Below, one piece after another: positions 49,219 to 59,446 of a stretch of 64,000 nucleotides of DNA. Within the stretch, counting starts at the first letter, position 1. Every line of letters begins with the position of its first letter. Source of the DNA: Candidatus Bathyarchaeota archaeon (GTDB lineage Archaea > Thermoproteota > Bathyarchaeia > Bathyarchaeales > Bathycorpusculaceae); NCBI GenBank assembly GCA_963733095.1, contig CAVTBV010000002.1, positions 32,001 to 96,000 of the forward strand. The letters are read 5' to 3'. A model generated the notes under the pieces. The model had not been told where the DNA came from. It did no database searches and saw only the letters and a program-made list of their open reading frames with translations. The translations under genes and the position numbers were made by a program.

Positions 49219-49373
49219 CAACTTGTGGATTGATCGACATTTCATAATGAAAATATAAAAATTTTTAAAATTTTTGTTTAAAACACGTTTGTTTTAGGCA
49301 ACTTACGGTTGAGCTTTATCGCTACAAATGTTGAGGCTACTAAAGTAATGAGCACCAAAAAGACTGTGGGGTA

Positions 49374-50058
49374 TTATTGAACGGTGCTGTAAACGTTTGA
49401 TTCCGCAAGTGCTACGTTAATTGATATGTCTGCGTTGACTTGGTCTGATCGAGTTACCATCGTATAAGACATTTCTAACAGGGAACCAGTCTGTTGATCC
49501 CAGTATGTGTTTTGCGTGTTGGGTTGTTGTAGAGGACCAGTTATCCCCAAACCTGCGAGTTCATCCTGAGTTACCTCGTAGTACATTGTGATGATTTCAT
49601 GGTTAACCTGTCTGTCCCCCGATGGGCAGGTTCTGGTTATTGTTTCGTTGATTACTTCGTTACCTTTTCCTTGGTAGATTTGGTCGTTTGGGTTAAGGTT
49701 AGCGGCAATGAGAAACATGGTGAGGTTGCCTTGTCCCGTTAATACGTCGGTTATGCCTGTGTCTAATTGTTGGGTGACGTTCTTGAATAAGGTTAGCATT
49801 TGTGCTGTCACTTCGGTTCCGGAGACTTGAGTGATTGTTTCTTGAACCCAATCGATGGGTGTAGCTTGGTTAATTAAGGGTTGAAGAAAGTCTGGAAGAG
49901 TAATGGGCATCCGTCGTGTTAATGTCGAGTGTGTATGTGTATTTGAAGCTGTTGCCTACTTCGACTCCGGGTACACGGGTTTGAGCGAGTGCTTTGCTTG
50001 AAATTACGCTAAGCATGATTGCGATTACAAGGATTCCGATGATTTTCAGATTTTTCAT
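49374..50058 (-). pseudogene. Secreted protein split by a single-base frameshift
   Basis: Signal peptide+PGVEVGNSFKY ORF (50058) joins ORF ending 49374 (YWDQQTG) if one base is removed near 49906 (DINTTDA/ITLPDF). Confidence 0.65.
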
Positions 50059-50288
50059 TTACGTAACTTGTGACATACTACAGGATATCGCTTAGTATTT
50101 ATTTCCTCTTAATCGCTGAAAAGTAAAATTAGAAGAAATTAAGGGACTGGACAAATTTAGAAGCTTAAATCCTGTTCAAGATGCGTTTTCTGATCGAGGA
50201 AAACATTTGAAATGCTCCAAACATAATTGGTGCTTACAAGCTTTTAATAAGCAATTCAATTGAATCTTTCAATCAACAGTGACAACCA

Positions 50289-51578
50289 ATGGAAAAGAAA
50301 GAACCCCAAAGACTGAAACGTTCGATTGGTTTATGGAGTGCCGTAGCCATCAATGTTGGCGCAATCATAGGAGGCGGAATCTTCGTTGTCACCGGCATCG
50401 TGGCAGGCTACGCTGGCTCAGCACTAGTCATATCCATGGTTATCGCTGGGGTCATCGCTTTCTTCACTGCATTGAGCTTTGCAAAACTAACCGCTTGGCA
50501 ACCTGTCGAAGGCAGCGTCTACGAGTACGGGCGCCAACTAGTTTCGCCTTATGCGGGGTTTTTGGCAGGTTGGATGTGGATTGTAGCGAACACGTTTACT
50601 GGAGCTGCGGTTTCATTGGGGTTTGCGTATTATTTGGCTGCGGCTTTTCCTGGTTTACCTGTAGGTTACGTTGCAGCTGCCCTCTGTTTGGCATTTACAG
50701 CCCTAAATCTAATCGGTGCAAGACAATCCGCAAGCGTAAACAATGTCCTTGTCACCATCAAACTTGCAATTCTCGGATTCTTCGTTGCGTTCGGCGTTTT
50801 CCACGTGAACACAGGCAATTTCATACCCTTCATTCCCTTATCAAACGGGGTACTCTACGGTACCTTCTTCATTTTCTTTGCTTATGGCGGGTTCGCACGT
50901 GTTGCGGTTGTTGCTGAGGAAATCAAAGATGCCAAACGAAATGTACCTCGCGCGATGCTTTTGTCGTTGGGGATTTCAATGGGGGTCTACGTTTTAGTTG
51001 GGCTGGTCGCCGTTGGTTTGCTGGGTCCCATTGGGCTTGCAGTTTCTCCTTCACCTTTAAGCACCGCCATGGGCACCACAGGTAATTATCTGGCTGTCCA
51101 AATCATCGCGGTTGGAGGTTTGGTGGCAACGGCAAGTGTTTTGTTGACTTCGATTTTAGGGGTTTCCCGTATGGCATATTCGATGGCACGGCGCAACGAC
51201 TTGCCCTTGCTGTTGTCTAGGTTACATAGCCGGTTTTTCACTCCATACTACGCGATTTTAGGCAGCGGTGTGTTGATGGCTGTTTTGGTACTGTTCGTAG
51301 ATTTGAATCGTGTAGTTGCTATTAGCACCTTTGCCCTTCTGTTTAATTATTCAATCACAAACTTTGCAGCTTTCAAACTCAAGAACGGAGGCGGCTGGAT
51401 GCGGTTTGTGCCTTTGATAGGGTTGGCTACCTGCTTTTTGTTGTTGGTGTTTATCCTTTTAGCTTCATTCGATGCATGGATTATTGGTGTTGTTTTCCTA
51501 ATTGCAGGAACCTCCTTCTACACAGCGCGTAGAAAACTGAAAGGACAAGATGTGAAAAATTCTTTTAGGCTGCGATAA
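50289..51578 (+). CDS. APC-family amino acid permease
   Basis: LKRSIGL, GAIIGGGIF, FFAYGGF, AEEIKD, multi-TM. Confidence 0.9.
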   Translation: MEKKEPQRLKRSIGLWSAVAINVGAIIGGGIFVVTGIVAGYAGSALVISMVIAGVIAFFTALSFAKLTAWQPVEGSVYEYGRQLVSPYAGFLAGWMWIVANTFTGAAVSLGFAYYLAAAFPGLPVGYVAAALCLAFTALNLIGARQSASVNNVLVTIKLAILGFFVAFGVFHVNTGNFIPFIPLSNGVLYGTFFIFFAYGGFARVAVVAEEIKDAKRNVPRAMLLSLGISMGVYVLVGLVAVGLLGPIGLAVSPSPLSTAMGTTGNYLAVQIIAVGGLVATASVLLTSILGVSRMAYSMARRNDLPLLLSRLHSRFFTPYYAILGSGVLMAVLVLFVDLNRVVAISTFALLFNYSITNFAAFKLKNGGGWMRFVPLIGLATCFLLLVFILLASFDAWIIGVVFLIAGTSFYTARRKLKGQDVKNSFRLR

Positions 51579-51614
51579 GAATTTTAAGCTTCAACAAACC
51601 TTAAAGTTAGGAAA

Positions 51615-52340
51615 ATGAAAATGCCCCTCAAAGCCGTCTTATTTGACATGTTCGATACCCTTATGCTTATAGAAAAAAACCATGAATTCTACAGTCCATC
51701 CTTGCTGAGAATGTACGGGTACCTAAACAAAAACGGCATAGATGTCACATTCGAAAAATTCAACACAGCATACATTGAAGCACGCGACTGCCTCTATGCC
51801 AAGGCAGATTTGAATTGGGAAGAACCACACTTCAACGTTCGCGTTTCTGAGGCTCTGAAAAGTTTAGGCTACAACTATGACGTTTCAAGCCCTCTCGTTG
51901 CAGATGCGACAAACGAGTTTTGTGAGGAGTTCATGAAGTACGTTCACATCGACAAGAACGCGGCGGCAATGCTGAAGGAGTTGCATGGAAAATACAAGTT
52001 AGGCGTTGTTTCCAACTTTGCCATTCCCGAATGTGTAGTTAAACTGCTCAGAGCAGACCATTTAGATGGTTTGTTTGATGTGGTTGTGGTTTCTGCTGCA
52101 ATTAACAAACGTAAGCCCAGCCCAGAAATCTTCCAAAACGCCCTTAAAGCTCTGGGAGTTTTGGCATCTGAGGCTGTTTTCGTTGGTGATACCATAGATG
52201 CAGACATAGAAGGTCCCAAAGCTATTGGCATGAAAACCATCTACATCGAGCGTCGCGTGCAGAAAGCTTCTAAGTGGTTTTGTCCCGACCAAATTATAAA
52301 AAGCCTCAGTGAATTATCGCTGGCGCTTACGCGCTGCTGA
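51615..52340 (+). CDS. HAD-superfamily hydrolase
   Basis: FDMFDTL, VVSN, KPSPEIF, VGDT..ADIEG. Confidence 0.88.
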   Translation: MKMPLKAVLFDMFDTLMLIEKNHEFYSPSLLRMYGYLNKNGIDVTFEKFNTAYIEARDCLYAKADLNWEEPHFNVRVSEALKSLGYNYDVSSPLVADATNEFCEEFMKYVHIDKNAAAMLKELHGKYKLGVVSNFAIPECVVKLLRADHLDGLFDVVVVSAAINKRKPSPEIFQNALKALGVLASEAVFVGDTIDADIEGPKAIGMKTIYIERRVQKASKWFCPDQIIKSLSELSLALTRC

Positions 52341-52667
52341 ATGGGTGTTAGAGCTTTTTAGACTTGTCTGGAGACAAACGTTGGTTTTTTTGATGTTGCC
52401 ATAATTTTTTAGCAACTGCAATAGTTCATTATGTTTTTGGAGAAAGTCTAAGCCTTGCGGTGTGACAACATAGCCTTCTCTGCCTTCTATGATTGTTTGG
52501 GTCATCAAGTTGTTGTTTAGCAAAAAATCTATGTAATTGTTTAGTTGTGTGAAGCTTAGGTTTGCTTTGTACATTATTTGGGTTTTGAGGGTGCCTTCTT
52601 TGGCTATTTCTATGATGTTTGCCGTTATGCTTAGTTTGTCTCTTCTGTTAGGTTTAGCGCTTGTTAT
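52314..52667 (-). CDS. Archaeal winged-HTH protein (HTH_45-like), probable ATA start
   Basis: RRDKLSI..NIIEIA...KTQIMYKANLSF...Y.VT..G motif; conserved N-terminus lies upstream of first ATG 52574. Confidence 0.8.
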   Translation of the reverse strand: MTSAKPNRRDKLSITANIIEIAKEGTLKTQIMYKANLSFTQLNNYIDFLLNNNLMTQTIIEGREGYVVTPQGLDFLQKHNELLQLLKNYGNIKKTNVCLQTSLKSSNTHSAARKRQR

Positions 52668-52851
52668 TGTTGTTCACTTCTGCTTTTCTCTTTAAAGCTG
52701 GTTTTCTTTTTAAGGTTTTAATTTTTGGTATGGTTGTTTTTCACGCGTTAAGGTTTTTGGAGTGCGGTGATTCAAATACTTAGTTTCGTATGAGACACTA
52801 AACACTAAACCTTTAATTCTATAGCTGAGAAAAAACAACGTGTGAGCAGAT

Positions 52852-53349
52852 ATGTTAATTGGTGCAATTTCAGATTCGCATGATAATTTGCCGCAAATAG
52901 AAAAAGCCGTAAAGATTCTAACTGAGCAAAAGGTGGGTTTGGTGATGCATGCTGGCGACTACGTCGCAGGTTTTGTAATCCCCAAATTCAAAGCATTAAA
53001 CTGCCAACTCATCGGCGTATTTGGCAACAACGATGGCGACCACGAACTCTTAAAAAAACGATTCAACGAAACCACCAACTGCACCATCCATGACCGCTTC
53101 ACCCAAATAACCGTTGAGGGCTACAGAATTGCCCTGCTCCATGGGCATGAAACTGAACTTTTGAGCGCCATAATCAACAGCGGATATTTTGATGCTGTAA
53201 TCCATGGGCACTCCCACAACTTGGGTATTGAGCGCAAGGGCAAAACTTTGGTCATTAATCCGGGTGAGCTTTGTGGGTATCTGACTGGAAAGTCTACTTT
53301 GGCGTTGTTGGATACCTTGAAGCGTGAGGCAAAAATTGTAGAAGTTTAA
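52852..53349 (+). CDS. YfcE/MJ0936-family metallophosphoesterase
   Basis: SDSHDN, HAGD, GNND, HGH, HGHSH, INPGE. Confidence 0.9.
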   Translation: MLIGAISDSHDNLPQIEKAVKILTEQKVGLVMHAGDYVAGFVIPKFKALNCQLIGVFGNNDGDHELLKKRFNETTNCTIHDRFTQITVEGYRIALLHGHETELLSAIINSGYFDAVIHGHSHNLGIERKGKTLVINPGELCGYLTGKSTLALLDTLKREAKIVEV

Positions 53350-53460
53350 GCGCTTTAGTTTGAGCTGCGTTTTGTGTCTGTTTCAAAGGCTTAACAGTGT
53401 TATAGGAAATATTTTAACAAAGCTTTTAAACAAATAACGCCGTTATCGCTTTTTAATAAC

Positions 53461-53685
53461 GTGACTTGTATGGAAAAACAAAAACAAAATAAAAAACAAA
53501 CAATGCTAGACAAAATAGACCTAAAAGTCATGAACCTACTCCAAAAAGAACGAAACGAACTAACCCTTCAGGAAATAGCCTGCAAAGTCGGCGAAACACC
53601 TCCAAAAATTGCAGTTTCACTACTAAGACTCTTCCTTCAAAACGAAAAATTGCAAAATGAAAGACTGCTTCAAATTTCACTCTAA
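53461..53685 (+). CDS. Small HTH-like protein
   Basis: LDKIDLKVMNLL...LTLQEIACKVG. Confidence 0.5.
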   Translation: MTCMEKQKQNKKQTMLDKIDLKVMNLLQKERNELTLQEIACKVGETPPKIAVSLLRLFLQNEKLQNERLLQISL

Positions 53686-53691
53686 AACATT

Positions 53692-54624
53692 TTACAGTTT
53701 GTTATATGGTTCTCTGAGTAAGTTGGCTTTCAGAAATAATTGTTTAAGTTCTTCGTCGTTTGCTCCTTCGCGGATAGGAGTAAGTATATCGGTTAGGTTG
53801 TCGTTTCTCATCAGGCAGGGTTTCAGTTTTCCATCGCTGGTAACACGCATCCTCGTACAGTGCATGCAGAAGTCCGTGTTCTCTATGGGTTTAACAACTT
53901 CGACTGTTGCGTTTGGAAGATGGTAGATTAAGCGGTTATGCATGTAAGGCCTTTTTTCGACGGAGACGGCTTGTTCGCGGAGCATCTGTTCCTGTTCTTC
54001 TAAGCTACGGTGATGTTCAGTGTAATATTTGTCGCCAACGTTTACTGGGTCCAACTCGATTAGCTGCAAAACAAGGTTGTTTCGTCCTGCGTAGGCTATC
54101 AGGTCGGGCACATCGCCAACGTTTACATCTTTTAGTACTACCGTGTTAAGTTTAACTGGGCAAAAATCTGCTTCAATCGCCGCCTTGATCCCTTCCAATG
54201 AAGCCTCCAGTTTTCCACCCGTCAATTCATGGTATGTTTTGGGGTTAAGGGAAGGCAAACTAATATTCACTCGTTTAAGACCGCAGTTACGCAGTTTTTT
54301 TGCCATACTCCCGCCAAGCAAAAGCCCGTTGGTGGTTAACGATAAATCCCTCAAGCCAGGCACTCTGGCAATGCCTGAAACGATTTCAGGCAGGTCCTCG
54401 CGCATCAACGGTTCGCCGCCAGTCAACTTTATCCGCACAATTCCCAAACTGACGGCTATTTTTGCGATCCGAACAATTTCTTCAACAGTCATGAACTCTG
54501 AGGAGCGATTAGCACGTTGCACTTCGCCTTCTTTGTGGCAGTAGGCACAGCGATAGTTGCACCGCTGGGTAATCGAAATCCTTAGGTTAAGTAGGGGTCT
54601 GCCGCAGTTGTCTGTTAAACTCAT
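53692..54624 (-). CDS. moaA: GTP 3',8-cyclase
   Basis: LRISITQRCNYRCAYC, LTGGEPL, FCMHC.RMRVTSDGKLKPCL. Confidence 0.95.
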   Translation of the reverse strand: MSLTDNCGRPLLNLRISITQRCNYRCAYCHKEGEVQRANRSSEFMTVEEIVRIAKIAVSLGIVRIKLTGGEPLMREDLPEIVSGIARVPGLRDLSLTTNGLLLGGSMAKKLRNCGLKRVNISLPSLNPKTYHELTGGKLEASLEGIKAAIEADFCPVKLNTVVLKDVNVGDVPDLIAYAGRNNLVLQLIELDPVNVGDKYYTEHHRSLEEQEQMLREQAVSVEKRPYMHNRLIYHLPNATVEVVKPIENTDFCMHCTRMRVTSDGKLKPCLMRNDNLTDILTPIREGANDEELKQLFLKANLLREPYNKL

Positions 54625-54626
54625 CG

Positions 54627-55160
54627 TTATTCACGTGCGTGCTTAACGATGTGAGGAGCCTCGGGCAAAATAAGCATTTCGAGCGCAGTTTTCACAGCGT
54701 CAGGGGAACCTGGAATGCAAAAGATAGCCTTACCCTTCGCTACTCCAGCAACAGCACGCGACAAAACCGCCGCGGAACCTACACGGTCAAAGCTAATTCT
54801 GCGGAAAAACTCGCCAAACCCCGGCAAGACTTTATCGAGGAAAGGTAAAACCGTCTCAATCGTAATATCCGAGGGCGTAATTCCTGTTCCACCTGAGAAA
54901 ATTGCAACATCCAAAGCTGACAAACCCATAACATACATTACGGCGTCTTGAATCATCGTTTCGTCGTCGGCAACGATTTTTTTGAAGAGAACTTTCTGGC
55001 CAGCTTTCTCGAGCAGGTTCACTATTGTTTCACCGCCGGTGTCGCCGACTTCTTTTTCGCCCGCCTCGATTTGTTCGTAGCGTGAGGTACTGCAGATGTA
55101 GACCCCAAAATTCAGGGTTTTGGGTGCTTTTGATTTGTGTACTTTGGAGGTTTCACTCAT
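54627..55160 (-). CDS. moaB: Molybdopterin adenylyltransferase MoaB/Mog
   Basis: GGTGITPSDIT.E, PGFGEFFR, LSRAVAG, IPGSP. Confidence 0.92.
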   Translation of the reverse strand: MSETSKVHKSKAPKTLNFGVYICSTSRYEQIEAGEKEVGDTGGETIVNLLEKAGQKVLFKKIVADDETMIQDAVMYVMGLSALDVAIFSGGTGITPSDITIETVLPFLDKVLPGFGEFFRRISFDRVGSAAVLSRAVAGVAKGKAIFCIPGSPDAVKTALEMLILPEAPHIVKHARE

Positions 55161-55162
55161 AA

Positions 55163-55600
55163 TTATGCCTGCTTAAATTTTTTGACTACATGAATGTTCT
55201 CGATTGCTGTAGAAGGGTATTGCCCTGCGGAGTCTTTTTCGTACTGTTTGGTCATGTCCCAAACCGTTAACAGTGCCACGGAGACAGCGGTTAGAGCTTC
55301 CATTTCCACGCCCGTCTGTGCTCTGGTTTTCACAGTAGCGGTTGCGGATACTATTCCTTGGACTGAGACTTTCACATCCACCTCTACGTTGGTTAACGGC
55401 AGAGGATGGCAAAGCGGGATTAGATCGCTTGTTCGTTTAGCTGCCAAAACGCCAGCAATCTTGGCGGTGTAGAGGGGGTCGCCTTTCGCGATTTTTCCGC
55501 TGTTAATCAAATCGATTGTTTGCGTCTTGAGCTTTATCGTTCCTGTCGCGGTTGCTTCCCTAAAAATCTCTGCTTTATCCGAAACATCAACCATAGCCAA
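55163..55600 (-). CDS. moaC: Cyclic pyranopterin monophosphate synthase
   Basis: MVDVSDK, KGD, LIPLCHP, TGVEMEAL, WDMTK. Confidence 0.95.
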   Translation of the reverse strand: MAMVDVSDKAEIFREATATGTIKLKTQTIDLINSGKIAKGDPLYTAKIAGVLAAKRTSDLIPLCHPLPLTNVEVDVKVSVQGIVSATATVKTRAQTGVEMEALTAVSVALLTVWDMTKQYEKDSAGQYPSTAIENIHVVKKFKQA

Positions 55601-55965
55601 ATTTTTTCCTTCCTCAGTGCTTGGTATAGTTTGTTTACCTTCTTTTATTTATTGATGCAAGTTGCTCTTCGGCAACACTATTGGGCTTATTTGGGTCTTA
55701 ATCTTCAACCCTTGCACTGCACCTATAGACAGGTAGGTGGCACCAACCATTTGATCTTGTTAGAAACTCTACGCAAAAACCAATATTGGGTTGGCAGTTC
55801 ACTAAGGGTAAATCCGTCCTTGAGGGCTGAAAAACAGGCGCGTTAGCAAGTTGAAATCAGCACGATCCCAGTCAAAAAGACGGGTAAACCAAAAATGCAT
55901 AAACCCTTTAAAACAGCAATCTACTAATCAACGCAGAAAAAGGGGAACATCTGGGGCTTACCAGT

Positions 55966-57168
55966 TTGAAGGCGTTTAGCTTTGTCCACGCAGCGGATTT
56001 GCATTTGGGGTATTCGCAGTATGGTTTAGAAGCAAGAAGGCAAGACTTTGATGATGCTTTCAAGGAACTGGTAGACAAGACAATCGAGTTGAGACCTAAT
56101 TTTATGATTATTGCAGGTGATGTCTTTCATCAGGCAAGGCCATCCAACCACACGTTAGAGAACACCATCAGAAGTTTTAAGAGGCTCAAGGACGCCGGCA
56201 TCCCTGTCTTAACAGTTGATGGTTCACACGACTCTGCCCCAAACACGATAACCAGCACCATCCTCTACCCTCTCGACAGCGCAGGGCTCATCATTCATCT
56301 GCCAAGGCACCAAGGTGCATGCTGGAGCAAACCAGATTGCTGCTACGTCTACGGTATTCCAACCTACCATAACCGCCATAAAACTCAAGAAGCATTGCCA
56401 AAATTCATGGAAGATAACCCACCAACACCCAAAGCCGATGTAGCCAACATTTTTGTTTTCCATGGTGCACTGGATTTGGCGGAGGTTAAAGGACCTTTTG
56501 AAGCAGAAATCTTGCCCGACGAGTTGCCAGCGGGCTTTTGTTATTATGCGGCTGGGCACTTGCATCAACGGTTTGTGGGAAAATTTAAAGAAGGCATTTT
56601 AGTTTACAGCGGTTGCACGGAAACGGTGAGTTATGATGAAGGCAAATTCACAAAAGGCTTCTACCACGTCAAAGTTAACGCGGCAGGACAGGTTAAACCG
56701 GAACTAATCGAGTTAACGACCCCGCGCAGGTTTGTTGTAGTGGAACAAGATTTCTCGGGTATGCAATCTGCCAAAATCACAGAGTTAGCTACTCAAATGG
56801 TGAGGGATGCCGATTCTGAAGGTGCATTAGTGATTCCCGTGTTGAAAGGAACGTTGCCGTCGGAAGCAAGCCGCACAGAAATCGATATAGCAAAAATTCG
56901 CTCTGCAGGGGAAAGAGCACTGCTTGTCCACCCTATAGTATTGCTTAAAGAAACCGTGGTTTCAGACGAAATCGTGCGTTCCATATTTGAGGGCGGCTTC
57001 AAGGACTTGAAAACCAAAGCCTTCGAGTACTTCCTCCAAATCTTCTCAGACCGCTATGGCAAAGAAGAAGCCGAAAAAATCGCAAGAGGTGCAATCAGCT
57101 TAATAGAACCCTTAACCCGAAAACAAGACGAAAAAGTCAAGCAAATTATCGAGGGACTCGCCAAATGA
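55966..57168 (+). CDS. mre11: Mre11/SbcD nuclease
   Basis: ADLHLG, AGDVF, GSHD, FHG, AGHLH, YSG. Confidence 0.9.
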   Translation: MKAFSFVHAADLHLGYSQYGLEARRQDFDDAFKELVDKTIELRPNFMIIAGDVFHQARPSNHTLENTIRSFKRLKDAGIPVLTVDGSHDSAPNTITSTILYPLDSAGLIIHLPRHQGACWSKPDCCYVYGIPTYHNRHKTQEALPKFMEDNPPTPKADVANIFVFHGALDLAEVKGPFEAEILPDELPAGFCYYAAGHLHQRFVGKFKEGILVYSGCTETVSYDEGKFTKGFYHVKVNAAGQVKPELIELTTPRRFVVVEQDFSGMQSAKITELATQMVRDADSEGALVIPVLKGTLPSEASRTEIDIAKIRSAGERALLVHPIVLLKETVVSDEIVRSIFEGGFKDLKTKAFEYFLQIFSDRYGKEEAEKIARGAISLIEPLTRKQDEKVKQIIEGLAK

Positions 57169-59255
57169 AGCTTGAAATTGTCCAGTTGGAAAACATCCGC
57201 AGCCACACCAAATCTACGGTACCTTTCACCCGCGGATTTAACTGTTTAGTTGGCGGCGTAGGTCGCGGTAAATCCAGCGTCTTATACGCAGTGGATTTTG
57301 TGTTGTTCGGTGACACGATTGGCAGTCGAAGTTTTGAGTATTTGATGCGGGAAGACGCTGACTGGTGCAGGGTTACACTGCAGTTTACGCATAATGGCAA
57401 AACCTACAAGCTAACACGGGGATTGAGGCGGAAAGGCAAAAACATCAACCAAGATTTTGAGCAGCTCAAGCTGTATGAAGATGAAAAGCTTATTGCCAGC
57501 ATGAAAACCGATGCCATCACTGAACAATTAAAGGCAGTCACAGGTTTAGACAGGGATCTTTACCGTGAAATCGTCTGGTTTAGGCAAGAACACCTCAAGG
57601 AGCTTTTGGATGCTAAACCACGCGATAGACAAACACGCTTAGACGGGCTGTTTGGTTTGTCAGATTATGAAGTTGCATGGAGCAACATTGCACAGTACCA
57701 ACGCGACTATGACACAGAGAAACGAATTTTCGAAAAAGATCCCGATGTTATAGGTTTAGAGAAACTCAGCAACGAGTACAACAGGGCAAGCGAAGAATTC
57801 ACCTTCTTGGAGATGGATTTAGAAACCTTAACTCAGAAACTGTCCGTTGCTAAGCGAGTGCTGGATGAAGCAAACGCAGAACTCAATCGACTCGAAGAGA
57901 AAAAATTGGCTGTAGAAGAGCTCAAGCTCAAAGAAACCCGAATAAACACTAACATAGCCAACATGACCAACACATTGGCGTCACTCACCCAACGTATAGA
58001 AGATAAAAAAACAGTAATTAACAATTTGAGGCTACGCCAGAGCTCTCTTGACGCTCAAACCAAAATTTGTTTGGGCAAACTTGATCAAGCAGGATTACCC
58101 ACCAACCAGTCCATGGACCAGTTGGGTTCTTGTTTGGCAGGGTTTGACGACAAAATCAGTAGTTTGAAAGCGGAACAGGAATCTACTTCGAGAAGCATGC
58201 AAACCGACAAGAAAAGAGCAGGCGAATTGGCTGAAGAAAGCAAGTGTCCGCTTTGTGTTCAACCTTTAACTGGCGAATACAAGACTGGTTTGATACAGAG
58301 GATTCAGCAAGAGAATATTGAACGGGAAAAAACAATTAACCAGCTTAGACTTGAAGTGGTGACTCTGCAAAAAACCAAAGCGGTCGCCCAAGAAGCATAT
58401 TCTAACCTGCAAACCTGCATTACTCGCAATGCCGATTTGAATGCGCGAATTCTTGAAGAAGAAAACAACCTCACTCGCCTTACATCCGAACTGGGCGAGA
58501 AACAAAAGATGGAGACCGATTTGCTGGCTCAATTAGAGGTGGTGGTGTTAGAAATTGCCAAATTCAACCTCTTAGACGTAGAAGAAGCCCGTGCTCAACG
58601 GGAACGCGCTTTCAAGCAATATTATGTTGTAGAATCAGATTTACGCACTAAAGAGAACCGCAAAAAGGACCTCGCCCAACGCTTAGATGACGCTAAAGAC
58701 CGCATCAACCTTGCACAGGAAAAACTAGAGCGAATAGAGAAAATTCGCAAGACTATCGAAGTTCTCGGTGCTATCCGAGATGCTTATCGCAGTATTCAGC
58801 CTAAACTGAGAAGCGAGTTTGTGAAAGTTCTACGTAACTTTGTCCAGCAGGTTCTCGACGGGTTAGTTGGAGGAGAGACACCGATGCTTAATGTTGTCAT
58901 CGATGAGACTTATACACCGTATGTGAAGAGTGAGACAGGAGTGGACCGGGAAGTCAGTAACCTCTCAGGCGGTGAACGCACGCTTTTGGCGTTTGCTTAC
59001 CGTTTAGGTTTGGGACAGTTGATTATGCAATCACGGACGGGGCATGGCTTGGGCATGCTGATGCTTGATGAACCCACGGAGAACTTGGGAAGCGAAGATG
59101 GCAGTATCGAGCGGTTAGCTGAAGCCATCAGCAGATTTAAAGCCATAGAACAAATAATCGCTGTTACTCATAGTGAAGCGTTTGCGGCAAAAGCCGACCA
59201 CGTAATTATCCTTGAGAAAGAGGCTGGAATTAGCAAAATCTCCATCGAACGCTAA
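57165..59255 (+). CDS. rad50: Rad50/SbcC SMC-family ATPase
   Basis: NIRSH, GRGKSS, CPLC zinc hook, LSGGE, LDEPT, VTH. Confidence 0.9.
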   Translation: MKLEIVQLENIRSHTKSTVPFTRGFNCLVGGVGRGKSSVLYAVDFVLFGDTIGSRSFEYLMREDADWCRVTLQFTHNGKTYKLTRGLRRKGKNINQDFEQLKLYEDEKLIASMKTDAITEQLKAVTGLDRDLYREIVWFRQEHLKELLDAKPRDRQTRLDGLFGLSDYEVAWSNIAQYQRDYDTEKRIFEKDPDVIGLEKLSNEYNRASEEFTFLEMDLETLTQKLSVAKRVLDEANAELNRLEEKKLAVEELKLKETRINTNIANMTNTLASLTQRIEDKKTVINNLRLRQSSLDAQTKICLGKLDQAGLPTNQSMDQLGSCLAGFDDKISSLKAEQESTSRSMQTDKKRAGELAEESKCPLCVQPLTGEYKTGLIQRIQQENIEREKTINQLRLEVVTLQKTKAVAQEAYSNLQTCITRNADLNARILEEENNLTRLTSELGEKQKMETDLLAQLEVVVLEIAKFNLLDVEEARAQRERAFKQYYVVESDLRTKENRKKDLAQRLDDAKDRINLAQEKLERIEKIRKTIEVLGAIRDAYRSIQPKLRSEFVKVLRNFVQQVLDGLVGGETPMLNVVIDETYTPYVKSETGVDREVSNLSGGERTLLAFAYRLGLGQLIMQSRTGHGLGMLMLDEPTENLGSEDGSIERLAEAISRFKAIEQIIAVTHSEAFAAKADHVIILEKEAGISKISIER

Positions 59256-59446
59256 AACGCACAATTAAGAATAGTCCTTCTTTTATTTCTTTTTCATGAT
59301 AATTGTCTATTTCTCAAAGCTACTTTCCAATTCTATTTGTTAAGTCAATTTAAAAACTTGAAATTTTATCGATTTCTAAAATAGACCTGATCATCTCTTG
59401 GAAAAGCTTATATCTTTTTTAATATTATGAGGTATTTGGTAATTCA

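Noticed and set aside
55620-55900. Riboswitch or gene upstream of moaC (including ORF 55520-55846)
   Set aside because: No convincing stems or known motif; the ORF overlaps moaC antisense.
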